Under the pieces are notes generated by a model. It did no database searches. It had not been told where the DNA came from and worked only from the letters and a program-made list of their open reading frames with translations. From an uncultured Candidatus Saccharibacteria bacterium (GTDB lineage: Bacteria > Patescibacteriota > Minisyncoccia > Phycocordibacterales > UBA9973), in contig CAYYSI010000001.1 of the NCBI GenBank assembly GCA_964474435.1, positions 190,647 through 254,646 on the forward strand: a stretch of DNA of 64,000 nucleotides. The letters run 5' to 3'. Made by a program: the position numbers and the translations under genes. How positions within the stretch are numbered: the stretch's first letter is position 1; each line of letters starts with the position of its first letter. Shown here one piece after another: positions 1-9,419 of the stretch.

Positions 1-2
1 AT

Positions 3-191
3 TCAGAGGAGCGATACCAGCAAAATATACTCTTAAATATTAAAACTGCCCTTGAAATGATAGGGGAGACAGATTTGCCACAAACATTTGCTGAGTGTGC
101 AGAAGCAGTCAAGCGACTGGAGGGCAAAATCATTATGCGTGAAGTTGCAGAAGAATTTCATACACTCTATTTAAAAAATAAGAACAAATAA
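3..191 (+). CDS. 3' end of an unidentified protein entering from upstream of the window
   Basis: Open frame SEERYQQ...LYLKNKNK ending in TAA at 189-191, followed by a hairpin terminator. Confidence 0.6.
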   Translation, partial: SEERYQQNILLNIKTALEMIGETDLPQTFAECAEAVKRLEGKIIMREVAEEFHTLYLKNKNK

Positions 192-192
192 A

Positions 193-216
193 AAAGCGGA
201 ACAATTGTTCCGCTTT
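193..216. terminator. Bidirectional intrinsic terminator
   Basis: Perfect 24-bp palindrome AAAGCGGAACAATTGTTCCGCTTT between convergent genes. Confidence 0.75.
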
Positions 217-235
217 AACCGTACTAAAGAACTAT

Positions 236-1552
236 TTATACCTTACACTCCATTTCATAACTTAGATCATAACCAGCTGCCTTTTTATATCTTGCGATGG
301 CACCAGAGTCCCCAGTTGCTTTCAAAACATTATCAGAAAGCTTCACACAGGGAAGATCGTTTACAGTATACGGCTTACATACAATTGAGAGCTGTTTGAG
401 CCCCATATCATTAGTAAGGTTTGTTCCGAGACCATGACTGATAATGCCTTGTCCTAAGAATTTTGAACTTATTTCGATCATTGGGTCAACATCCATCCCG
501 TCGCTTGGAATAAATAACCGATCTCTGAAATCAACATTAGCCTTTACATACCGTTCCTGTTGAAGCAAAATTGCTTTTATAGGATCCATAGAATCAATAC
601 GGAAACCTTTTAGGTCTCGAACTGTTTCATCAGAATATGCTTTTAGACAAAACTCAGTACCAAATGTATCAGGCAATGAGATATTCAATCCATACCCATA
701 TTGAGCAAGCCATTCTTTTTGAATAAATTCCTGGATTGCCGCAAGGTTCATATCGCTGTTTTGCAACAATAGCGCAGATGCAGCCATGCTGATTTCGTGC
801 GCACAGGTGCCGATTGGCATCAGAGCGTATTTCATCGCAAGGCTAGTTGAAGAAGTACCCTTAAATTGATTTGGAAGTTCTTCAGCAACCCTGGCAACTA
901 CATATTCGTGCCATGCCGGACTGAAACTTCTTCTGTTTCCAAAGTCAGAAAACTGAACATAGGGATGCGCTTTGAGTTTAGTAACTCGTGCAAGAAGACG
1001 TTTTATACCTTCAGCATATACTGCTTCGCGTTCCAACCTGCTCATCTTTGATAAGATCGAACGGTAATAAAGCACATTAATAATCTTGAGCATAGAAATT
1101 TCTCCATGAGTTGAATTATTCCAACCTCCTTCTTTACCCCACCTAATGTCCAGTTGATGATCATCGGTTTTAGAGAAATGTACAGCCGGTAATTTAAAAT
1201 TACGAAGATGTTGCAAATAGGGGTCACTAAACATTCGGCGCTCTCCATACTCAAACGTTCCTGCTAAGTAGTGATGTTCACTACCATCAAGTTGTATTTG
1301 CTGCAATAAATCGATTTGGTCACCAAATGCTTTTTCTGTGATATGGTCACCAAGTGGTACGCTGAGCGTACGGTTCTTGAAATGCCATTCTACATTGGCA
1401 GATTTATACAAGTTATGGTCAAAAATAAATTGTCCCATTGAAAACTTATAAAAATCATCATCTAGTAAAGAAGAAACAATTGGTCCCTCCATAGTTTCTT
1501 CATCGATGCGACGAAGATCCATATTACTACCATTTCTTTTATTGTTTTTCAT
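236..1552 (-). CDS. pncB: Nicotinate phosphoribosyltransferase
   Basis: Motifs DFYKFSM, DFGNRR, GTSS, GTCAHE (phospho-His), RIDS, GLGTNLTND, KLSD; start set at MKNN overlapping the pncA end. Confidence 0.93.
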   Translation of the reverse strand: MKNNKRNGSNMDLRRIDEETMEGPIVSSLLDDDFYKFSMGQFIFDHNLYKSANVEWHFKNRTLSVPLGDHITEKAFGDQIDLLQQIQLDGSEHHYLAGTFEYGERRMFSDPYLQHLRNFKLPAVHFSKTDDHQLDIRWGKEGGWNNSTHGEISMLKIINVLYYRSILSKMSRLEREAVYAEGIKRLLARVTKLKAHPYVQFSDFGNRRSFSPAWHEYVVARVAEELPNQFKGTSSTSLAMKYALMPIGTCAHEISMAASALLLQNSDMNLAAIQEFIQKEWLAQYGYGLNISLPDTFGTEFCLKAYSDETVRDLKGFRIDSMDPIKAILLQQERYVKANVDFRDRLFIPSDGMDVDPMIEISSKFLGQGIISHGLGTNLTNDMGLKQLSIVCKPYTVNDLPCVKLSDNVLKATGDSGAIARYKKAAGYDLSYEMECKV

Positions 1553-2129
1553 TGCATACCTCCTGTGTTTTTGTGACATGGGCATGGGCAGCTCTCATCA
1601 AGAGCTCTGCTTCAAAGCCATCTGTCGGGTGAATGTTTACAGCTCGCACAGCATCATTCAAAAGAACGGTGTCGTAGCCAAATTTCTGTGAATCAAGGAC
1701 ACACGCCTTTACGCAGTAGTCTTTTGCAAGACCAGCTACATAGAGGGTGGTGATACCATGTTCTTTGAGAACAGCATCGAGCGGTCTTCCTTTAATATCA
1801 ACCCCTTCGAAAGGGGAGTAACCGTCGTCTACAGTACTCATACCTTTCGATATGAGTACATAGTGCTCCGGCATCTTGATATCAGGATGGAACTTAGCTC
1901 CATTAGTATTTTTAACACAATGTGTTTCCCATGTACCACCATCCTTTTTAAAGTGTTTGGTTTTCCTAGGATGCCAATCACGAGTGAAAATGATCAGCCA
2001 GTCTAGCTTGACCGCATGTGCGATCAGCAGGTTAATGTAGGGAATGATCTCATCTCCAAATGGAACACCAAGTGCTCCGCCAGGAAAGAAATCGTTCTGT
2101 CCATCGACGATTATCAAAGCTTTTTTCAT
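1539..2129 (-). CDS. pncA: Nicotinamidase/pyrazinamidase
   Basis: IVDGQNDF, DWHP, WETHC, SKG, GLAKDYCV (D-K-C triad); adjacent to pncB. Confidence 0.93.
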   Translation of the reverse strand: MKKALIIVDGQNDFFPGGALGVPFGDEIIPYINLLIAHAVKLDWLIIFTRDWHPRKTKHFKKDGGTWETHCVKNTNGAKFHPDIKMPEHYVLISKGMSTVDDGYSPFEGVDIKGRPLDAVLKEHGITTLYVAGLAKDYCVKACVLDSQKFGYDTVLLNDAVRAVNIHPTDGFEAELLMRAAHAHVTKTQEVCNEKQ

Positions 2130-2163
2130 GCGTTATGATTTTATGTAAGTTGTGAATGTAAAT

Positions 2164-2182
2164 TAGTGTATTTATTACACTA
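2164..2182. promoter_or_regulatory. NrtR-type operator upstream of pncA-pncB
   Basis: Palindrome TAGTGTA-TTTAT-TACACTA with GT-N7-AC core, between promoter and start codon. Confidence 0.8.
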
Positions 2183-2217
2183 TATACCTATTTTTACTAT
2201 ATAGGTACTTTGTCTTC

Positions 2218-2246
2218 ACTATAACATATTATTTAGTATAAGTCAA
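2218..2246 (-). promoter_or_regulatory. sigma70 promoter of pncA-pncB
   Basis: TTGACT-N17-TATAGT on the minus strand. Confidence 0.7.
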
Positions 2247-2288
2247 TAAATAAAAGGAGTACTTGTGTACTCCTTTTCATAAGAATAA

Positions 2289-4037
2289 TTATGGCTTCAT
2301 GGTCATAGACCATACCTTGTTTTGATAGGTCACTATGACTTTATTTTGCCAATTTGAAAGAACAAAAGCGCTTTTTACTTGAGGATCAAGAACCTCGCGA
2401 ACTTGGCCATTCGTTGGTACAGCAATCATTAGTTTGCCATCATCTATAATGCTTGCACGGACACCTTTCGGTAGAAGTGCGACATTTAATTCAGGTGTAT
2501 CAACTTCTCTTATATCTACTTGATAATCAGTATAGGAACTATTGAAAGTGTATTGATATGCACTATACCTTCCTGACTTTGGATCAAGTGCGGTAACAAT
2601 GATATGTCTGAAACCGGCTACTGCATCAACTACTTTTTGGTCCTTTAGTGAAGGAGCGCTGATATAGGTACATGCATTTGTACCAAATGGTACTACCAGA
2701 TGAACGGCACCGAGCGACTGCTGGATACCAAGTCCTCGATACCACGTCGTTGCATTTCCGAGTACTTGCCAGGTATTCACCGTAACGAGTATTGGTTTCC
2801 CAAAATCTTTTACTGTTATTTCCGTTAATCCTGCATCAGTAACTACAAAGAGTCTGTCCTGAAATCTGAGCAATGATTTTCCTTTAAGATGCGACTGCAG
2901 CTCTGTGATTCCTCCATGCCCCACAAGAAGTGTGAATCGAATATTTTCTCCAGGCACTAATTCAGCAAGTAGATACCCCGATTCAACAGGAATTACTTCA
3001 GCTGTATACTCAATGCATGTTTTCCATATCATCCCAGTTGCGACATGTCGAAGTGTTCCTGATGCAAGCCTCATGACACCGCTCGGGTATATAGTAATGG
3101 CTTCATCAGTGATTCCGTCATAGAGTAGTGAGAACACAATACTACCAGCACCAGAGGTAAATAGTACAGGTGCGTGCTTAATAGCCTGCATTTTCTTTTG
3201 CTGAAGCGGAGATGGCGGCATAGAGCGTTCTCCGTTCTGAAACACCGCCTCATACCATTCCAAAAGATTTGGAGGAATGCATGAGAAATCTCTCACCGCA
3301 CTGTTGAGACGTACACCTGTGGTAAAAACAGATTTATTGTCCTTCATTCGTTTTTCCATATCATTCCCGGTATATCCGCTAAGCATACCTTTATATGGAT
3401 GAATGCCGGTAAATACTTGAAATGAGACGATACCGAATGAAAACCAATCCGTCTCTCGGGTAAACCCATGTGTGTGCCAATCCCGAATGGAAGGCATAAT
3501 AACTGACGCCTTCCATTTCCCGATAGCCCATGAGTCAACATCAATGATACGAGGCTCAGGAATCTTGTTTGATCGATTGACGAGCCAGTTGAATTCATTT
3601 GCATCAACAACAATCGCGTTATGCTGATGGGCTGCCTCAATTGTAGTTCGCATACCATCGACAAGTGCAATTGCGTCTTTGTCTTTAAAGTTCTCTCTCT
3701 GACGATACGTACTCGTAAATACTCTTGCCAACGGTTCTGCGTCAACAAAATCCATATAATACCCAATAGGTTTTTTCCCTTGAAGTACTACTCCTTTAGG
3801 CGAAACAATAAACGGATGCTTGATACGAGAGAGGAGTTGTATCTTATCTTGCATATCGAGCGTACTCATTTTATAAGGATCGCTATAGAGTTTCACAATG
3901 GTCTTGCTTGAAGGTTTATAGATAGAGCCTTCACCACCAGTTGCGATATGATGCGATGGGTGAAGTGCGATATCTCCTCGACCAACAAGTGTAACGATTG
4001 TTTCTTTTTTGAGTATTCCTTGTTGTGTTGTTATCAT
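2289..4037 (-). CDS. YegI/TerY-P-type Ser/Thr protein kinase with a large beta-rich C-terminal domain
   Basis: Gly loop GGEGSIY, VKLY, catalytic DANEFN, IDVDS, DWFSF, GIHPY; ATGA overlap with the PP2C gene. Confidence 0.85.
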   Translation of the reverse strand: MITTQQGILKKETIVTLVGRGDIALHPSHHIATGGEGSIYKPSSKTIVKLYSDPYKMSTLDMQDKIQLLSRIKHPFIVSPKGVVLQGKKPIGYYMDFVDAEPLARVFTSTYRQRENFKDKDAIALVDGMRTTIEAAHQHNAIVVDANEFNWLVNRSNKIPEPRIIDVDSWAIGKWKASVIMPSIRDWHTHGFTRETDWFSFGIVSFQVFTGIHPYKGMLSGYTGNDMEKRMKDNKSVFTTGVRLNSAVRDFSCIPPNLLEWYEAVFQNGERSMPPSPLQQKKMQAIKHAPVLFTSGAGSIVFSLLYDGITDEAITIYPSGVMRLASGTLRHVATGMIWKTCIEYTAEVIPVESGYLLAELVPGENIRFTLLVGHGGITELQSHLKGKSLLRFQDRLFVVTDAGLTEITVKDFGKPILVTVNTWQVLGNATTWYRGLGIQQSLGAVHLVVPFGTNACTYISAPSLKDQKVVDAVAGFRHIIVTALDPKSGRYSAYQYTFNSSYTDYQVDIREVDTPELNVALLPKGVRASIIDDGKLMIAVPTNGQVREVLDPQVKSAFVLSNWQNKVIVTYQNKVWSMTMKP

Positions 4038-4903
4038 GATACTTCATGTTGTGCATCTATATGTATTGCTGCTACAGAAAAATCATCAGAAGGAAATATT
4101 TCTTCCTTTGAAAATACGTGTAGCATTCTACTGAGACGCCTTTTTACAAATTCTCCCTGCCACTGTTTGATCGAGGTAAGTTCTTGTATGATCGTACCTG
4201 GTTCAATAAGTGCAGCGTGAGCTTTAAAATTTTCAACCCCATCAGAGCAAAGAATAATACTTTTCAATCCCAGTAATTCTTCTTGAGAGAATGTAATACT
4301 GTATCCCTGTACCATTTCTTTGGCTGGATATGTAGATTCTTCAATCTGTAGATCTTGTCCAGCATGAGTCGTGGTTTTGATGACCACAAAGCTTTCAGGA
4401 TCATCACTTGCGTGTCGAGATAGGAATCCATCCAATACCTTTCCGCTATAGGAAATATACAAGGGCATATTTTGCTTCCATATGAAGCGATACGTTACTA
4501 TCTTTCCATCTGTATAGATCAATGTGACGCACCCATCTCCAAATACATGAACGAAACCACGATCTGGTGTCGTAACTGCATACAGCAGTGTTGCTTGTAA
4601 ATCATGAAGCATGAGTCCCATACTGCTCATAATGGCAGTACTGGTAGATCTAATTTTTTTCGATATGATCTCTGGTGAATTATCACTCTCTGGGTTTGAT
4701 AAACACTCCTTAAGCACCATAATTGCTGCATAATTGAGTATTCTCGCACCAGTATCTGTTTCTCCTCCAGTAGAGCATCCATCTGAAAGTGATATGTATG
4801 CAGATGTCCCAGACATGCCCGATAAGGCATGATCCTGACATGGCATATTTTGACGAATGTGCAGTCCGCCAATGACGAAATGCGAATCTCCATTGAATTT
4901 CAT
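4034..4903 (-). CDS. PP2C-family protein phosphatase (YegK/TerY-P type)
   Basis: H...PCQD, SDGCS, GDG, CSDG and DDFS motifs; likely start MKFNG at 4903. Confidence 0.85.
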   Translation of the reverse strand: MKFNGDSHFVIGGLHIRQNMPCQDHALSGMSGTSAYISLSDGCSTGGETDTGARILNYAAIMVLKECLSNPESDNSPEIISKKIRSTSTAIMSSMGLMLHDLQATLLYAVTTPDRGFVHVFGDGCVTLIYTDGKIVTYRFIWKQNMPLYISYSGKVLDGFLSRHASDDPESFVVIKTTTHAGQDLQIEESTYPAKEMVQGYSITFSQEELLGLKSIILCSDGVENFKAHAALIEPGTIIQELTSIKQWQGEFVKRRLSRMLHVFSKEEIFPSDDFSVAAIHIDAQHEVS

Positions 4904-4964
4904 TGTAATGAATTTAGTGGTGAAATAATAAAAGGTGGAGTAATTGCTCCACCTTTGATACTGA

Positions 4965-5711
4965 TCAGATTGTTGTGCTGATGTTTTGTGACGCACCGCC
5001 AGTACCAACCGCTTGCGATTGGGAACTAACTGATTGACTGACGAAATCTGCAAGCTTTGCAAGTTTTCGTTCAGATACATCTCCTGCATCAATAAATTGA
5101 TCAAGGCCCGCCTCTATTTGAAAGCTTTGTAATTCAGTAAGGTACTGAGCGGCATTAATACCGATTAGTATACTTACCATAGATTCAAGGAATTCTCCCT
5201 TGATACCTTTTTCAATCTCTTTCTTGATGGCTGATGATTTCATTACTGAAGCATTATCATCTCCATCGGTAATGATAAAGACGATAGCGTTGTTACGAAA
5301 ATCATCATCATAAAGCGTCTTTGAATAGGCATTTGTTGCTCCTATCGCAGAATATGTTGCGTCTACCAGAGGTGTACCTCCACCAGGATTGAAGTTCTCG
5401 TAATCATCAGGATTGATTTCAGCTAATGGCTTGAAGCCATGCAATTCTTTAATACCTCCTTGTAGGGAGCTAGAAAAGAGAATGACGCGGATCAGAAGAT
5501 TGTCTGAGCGAGGTGATTTTTTGCAAGAATTTACTGCAGTAATCAGACACTGGCGCAGTTGATCTTCGAATCCATCAACAGATCCAGTGATATCAACGGC
5601 AATTGTAACGAGTGTATACTCTGAAGCACCAAGATGCTCAGTGCGTATAGCGGAGAAGGTGAAGTTTCCACCAGGAATCTTACCATCTTCCATTTGATCT
5701 AAACGTGGCAT
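4965..5711 (-). CDS. von Willebrand factor A (TerY/YegL-like) protein
   Basis: MIDAS-like DITGS, GGTPL, ITDGDDN. Confidence 0.85.
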   Translation of the reverse strand: MPRLDQMEDGKIPGGNFTFSAIRTEHLGASEYTLVTIAVDITGSVDGFEDQLRQCLITAVNSCKKSPRSDNLLIRVILFSSSLQGGIKELHGFKPLAEINPDDYENFNPGGGTPLVDATYSAIGATNAYSKTLYDDDFRNNAIVFIITDGDDNASVMKSSAIKKEIEKGIKGEFLESMVSILIGINAAQYLTELQSFQIEAGLDQFIDAGDVSERKLAKLADFVSQSVSSQSQAVGTGGASQNISTTI

Positions 5712-5724
5712 AAGTGTAAGTTTT

Positions 5725-6570
5725 TTAGTTGAAGAATGTTGTTGATGTTGTTAGCTGAACTCCTTTTTTCTGGATATCTTTTATCCAGGCTGCAGTAAGA
5801 GCAGGGAAGTCAATGACATTTGGAATAGCAGCGATAGAGCTTGAGCAATCAGTCATGATGTGAATCTTGCTCAAATGTTGTGTGCCGATGTTATCAATAA
5901 TTTGATTTACTGTTTCCATCACGCAGTGGCTCAATGCCTCTCCAGCAACCAATACCACATCGGCTTTTTCCAATGTTTCAAGGAGCTTAGTATTTAGTAG
6001 AGTGGTTGGATCAGTTGGATCTTCTACTTCTGCCATAAGGCCACCATAGTGCTCTGTGTAAGGATTAGTACCCTTGGTCACAACATCGAGCATTGCATAT
6101 TCGTTCCGCTGCCAATCAAGAAGGGCCTTCATAAGGTCTGCCTGTATTGCATGTCCAGGTGTTCCAATAATACAATGTTCAGTCCAAACTGTGTGACGTT
6201 TCTTTTTATTCTGTTCCAACGTGCGCAAGTACTGAAGAGAACGTGTACGAACCCCTGGGTCTCTCGTAGTCCAGATACCCGCTTCAACATCGTCAGCAAT
6301 GATTTGTGTGAAGGGTGGGGGAGGATTACCTTTTGCATCCTTCCACCACATCGGGTGCGAAATATCGATGACCTGATGTGAGTCCATGGTCACATGGATG
6401 TCTTCCAATTTTTCACCATTACCGGCAATAAATGCTGCGAGTCGCTGCATATCGGCCGTGGCGCCAGGGACGGGAAGTGCCGGAATAAACCCTACAATAC
6501 CGTCTACGCGATCCATGAAATCATTCTGAGGATCGATGATAACTAAGTGGATTTTTTGTGTTGTTTTCAT
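5725..6570 (-). CDS. Long-form nicotinamidase-like cysteine hydrolase (isochorismatase family)
   Basis: IDPQNDF, DSH, WTEHC, TKG...EHYG, GEALSHCV; first gene of the vWA-PP2C-kinase operon. Confidence 0.85.
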   Translation of the reverse strand: MKTTQKIHLVIIDPQNDFMDRVDGIVGFIPALPVPGATADMQRLAAFIAGNGEKLEDIHVTMDSHQVIDISHPMWWKDAKGNPPPPFTQIIADDVEAGIWTTRDPGVRTRSLQYLRTLEQNKKKRHTVWTEHCIIGTPGHAIQADLMKALLDWQRNEYAMLDVVTKGTNPYTEHYGGLMAEVEDPTDPTTLLNTKLLETLEKADVVLVAGEALSHCVMETVNQIIDNIGTQHLSKIHIMTDCSSSIAAIPNVIDFPALTAAWIKDIQKKGVQLTTSTTFFN

Positions 6571-6600
6571 CTTTTTGTTTTTTATTGTTAAGGAATTAAT

Positions 6601-6669
6601 TAGTGTTCTTTTTACACTATATACTTAGTGTAAAAAATACGCAAAGTAGTTATGCGTTAGAATACACAA
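6601..6669. promoter_or_regulatory. Three tandem NrtR-type operators with 25-bp period
   Basis: 6601 TAGTGTTCTTTTTACACTA, 6626 TAGTGTAAAAAATACGCAA, 6651 TATGCGTTAGAATACACAA (third is degenerate). Confidence 0.7.
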
Positions 6670-6697
6670 TTAGTATGTTGTCAAATAATCCTTATTT

Positions 6698-7396
6698 TTA
6701 GAGAAACTGCCTTGTATCAACAAGAGCTGTTTTCTTGAACTCGTAGAGAATAGCGGGACGCTGCTTTTTGCCTGTAAGTTTTTTCTTGGTTGCCTTTATG
6801 ATATCGAGCTGATCAATCAATTTTCGAAAGTTCCGTTTATCCATAGATTGCTGGAGAATAATCTCATAGGTTTGTTGAAGCATACTAAAGGTAAAATATT
6901 TCGGCATTGCCGCAAATGCAACATTGGTATATTTTAATTTTGACTGCACACGCTTGTACGCATACTTGATAATATCCTTGTGATCAAATGCAACCTTTGC
7001 AGGTAATTCATGTACATCAAAGAGTGTTGGCTGTTGTCCGTGAATAAGGTCAATATGCTTGTACACCTCTTCAGAGATAAGTGCAAAATAGGTAACAGAG
7101 AACACAACATCACGTGGATCTCGGCCTGGTGTATCAAATGTATACAATTGCTCAATATACAGCGGATCACTTAATCCGACTTTTTCTTTGAGTACTCGAA
7201 CAGCGGTGTCTTTAGTTGATTCTTCCTTTCGAGGAAATGCTCCCGGAAGCGCCCATAGACCCCTAAACGGTTCTCCATCACGGTTAATGAGAAGTACCTT
7301 AAGCTTGTCCTCATGAACCATAAAAAGGACTACGTCTACTGAAACGTATGGGTTGAGGAAGTTTGTATTTGAACGGTCGATATTATTTGTTTTCAT
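6698..7396 (-). CDS. nrtR: Nudix-related transcriptional repressor NrtR
   Basis: Degenerate Nudix box, EQLYTF, RDPR, AFDH, C-terminal wHTH DKRNFRK...RPA; coupled to nadE. Confidence 0.9.
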   Translation of the reverse strand: MKTNNIDRSNTNFLNPYVSVDVVLFMVHEDKLKVLLINRDGEPFRGLWALPGAFPRKEESTKDTAVRVLKEKVGLSDPLYIEQLYTFDTPGRDPRDVVFSVTYFALISEEVYKHIDLIHGQQPTLFDVHELPAKVAFDHKDIIKYAYKRVQSKLKYTNVAFAAMPKYFTFSMLQQTYEIILQQSMDKRNFRKLIDQLDIIKATKKKLTGKKQRPAILYEFKKTALVDTRQFL

Positions 7397-9353
7397 AGGT
7401 ATCAAGAGCATTCATCCATAATGTCATTTCTGCGTCTGATGGCATTCTCCAGTCTGCACGAGGGGAGAGCGATACAGATCCAACCTTTGGCCCATCCGGC
7501 ATAATAGAACGCTTCCATTGCATCATAAAGAATCGCTTCATGAATACCTTGAGCCATTTCATTATCTCAGAGCCATCGTATTTACCTTCAAAGGCAAGTA
7601 CTGCTAGTTCATAGATTTTGACCGGATGACTTGCCCAGCGAATAAAATGATAGAGAAAGAAATCATGCAGTTCATATGGTCCTACCAATTCTTCTGTTTT
7701 TTGAGCAATCTGCCCGTCTTTTGTTGCAGTGAGCTCAGGTGAGATTGGTGTATCTAAAATAGACTGAATAACATCTTGAACAGTGGTGTCATAGTGTTTC
7801 TTTGCCATCCACGCAACAACATGCTGCACAAGCGTTTTTGGAACACCTGCATTTACATTATAGGGAGCAGTATGATCTCCGGTAAACGTATTCCATCCAA
7901 GCGCAATCTCAGAGAGATCTCCGGTACCCATAACAAATCCTTTTAATTCATTTGCCTTATCCATAAGAATCATCGTTCGGTAGCGCGCTTGTGCATTCTC
8001 ATACGTGTTATTTTCTGTAACACCATCATGCCCAATATCAGCAAGGTGCTGCGTCACTGCGGGCACAATACTGATCTCCTCAACTGGTAATTTGAATGCC
8101 CCAGCAAGTGTATATGTATTTGATTTTGTGTGATCTGTTGTACCAAACCCAGGCATCGTAATGATATGCATATTGGTAGCAGGAAGAGAAAGCTTTTCCA
8201 ATGCTTTGATACCGACCAATAGCGCAAGTGTTGAATCAAGTCCTCCCGACAGACCAAGTACGAGATGCTGAATTCCTGACTGCTTCATTCGTTTTGTCAG
8301 TCCTGCAACTTGAATATTAAATACCTCCTCAGCAACTTCCTGCTTTAGTGCATCACTTTCTGGAATAAAATTACTCTGTGGAACCTTTCGTTCAAGACCA
8401 GAAACACTCGTAGCTGAAGACCCTGGTAGAGAAATGGTGCGCCATGACTGAGTATTGATTTCTCGAGTTGCATCTCCAAAACTCGTTGTTCGGATACGAT
8501 CAATCATACAGTGGGCAATATCAATATCTGCATACATGATGTATGGATCTTGCTGATATCGTACTGATTCAGCAATCATGCTTCCATTTTCTGCGACTAT
8601 GCAATGCCCTGAAAAAACAGTGTCAGTCGTTGATTCACCTATACCAGAAGAAACGTATACATACGCACTGATAGTTCGAGCACTTTGCTGAAGTACAAGA
8701 TTGCGACGGTAGTGTGCTTTTCCAACAAGTTCGTTTGAGGCAGACAGGTTTACAAGTACAGTCGCACCAGCAACAGCGAGCTTTGAGCTTGGCGGAAGCG
8801 GTGTCCACACGTCTTCACAAATTTCTACACCAAGTACTACTTGTGTATTATCAGAGGATGCAAAAAGGAGGTCAGTTCCAACAGGAATATCATACCCGAA
8901 AAACTTAATTGAGTTGCTGATTAAATCTCGTCCTGACGCAAACCAGCGCTTCTCATAAAATTCTTTGTATTCAGGAAGATTTGTTTTTGGAATAATCCCA
9001 ACAACTTTTCCTTCGGCACATACTGCCGCAACATTAAAAAGCTTTGATTCAATCCGAAGGGGAAGTCCCACAATGCATACACCACCATCGATAGTCGCCT
9101 TAGCAATCAGAGAAAGACCCTTGGAAGCAGCTTCTAATAAAATATCCTGCTGCAATAGATCTCCAAGGGTATACCCGGTAATGCAAAGCTCTGGGAAAGC
9201 AACAATAGACGCACCGTTTTTTCGAGCGTCCCTAAAAAGTGTAATAATCGCATCAGTATTAGCGACACAGTCACCGAGGAGTACTGATGGCACCGCTGTT
9301 GCAATACGAATCATTCCTAGAGAACCGAGATCAATGGTCTTGTGTTTTGTCAT
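7383..9353 (-). CDS. nadE: Glutamine-dependent NAD+ synthetase
   Basis: Nitrilase domain FPEL, EFYEKRWF, EICED plus synthetase SGGLDST. Confidence 0.95.
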   Translation of the reverse strand: MTKHKTIDLGSLGMIRIATAVPSVLLGDCVANTDAIITLFRDARKNGASIVAFPELCITGYTLGDLLQQDILLEAASKGLSLIAKATIDGGVCIVGLPLRIESKLFNVAAVCAEGKVVGIIPKTNLPEYKEFYEKRWFASGRDLISNSIKFFGYDIPVGTDLLFASSDNTQVVLGVEICEDVWTPLPPSSKLAVAGATVLVNLSASNELVGKAHYRRNLVLQQSARTISAYVYVSSGIGESTTDTVFSGHCIVAENGSMIAESVRYQQDPYIMYADIDIAHCMIDRIRTTSFGDATREINTQSWRTISLPGSSATSVSGLERKVPQSNFIPESDALKQEVAEEVFNIQVAGLTKRMKQSGIQHLVLGLSGGLDSTLALLVGIKALEKLSLPATNMHIITMPGFGTTDHTKSNTYTLAGAFKLPVEEISIVPAVTQHLADIGHDGVTENNTYENAQARYRTMILMDKANELKGFVMGTGDLSEIALGWNTFTGDHTAPYNVNAGVPKTLVQHVVAWMAKKHYDTTVQDVIQSILDTPISPELTATKDGQIAQKTEELVGPYELHDFFLYHFIRWASHPVKIYELAVLAFEGKYDGSEIMKWLKVFMKRFFMMQWKRSIMPDGPKVGSVSLSPRADWRMPSDAEMTLWMNALDTYENK

Positions 9354-9364
9354 AGTATTGTTTA

Positions 9365-9383
9365 TAGTGTTAGTCGTACACTA
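9365..9383. promoter_or_regulatory. NrtR-type operator in the divergent nadE/Nudix region
   Basis: TAGTGTT-AGTCG-TACACTA next to a minus-strand TTGACA-N17-TAATTT promoter (9387-9415). Confidence 0.8.
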
Positions 9384-9419
9384 TGTAAATTACTACAATC
9401 CCAATTTATTGTCAATACC

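Noticed and set aside
6601-6669. 25-bp periodic repeats as a mini-CRISPR
   Set aside because: Spacers are only 6 bp, no cas genes are present, and the unit matches operators elsewhere in the island
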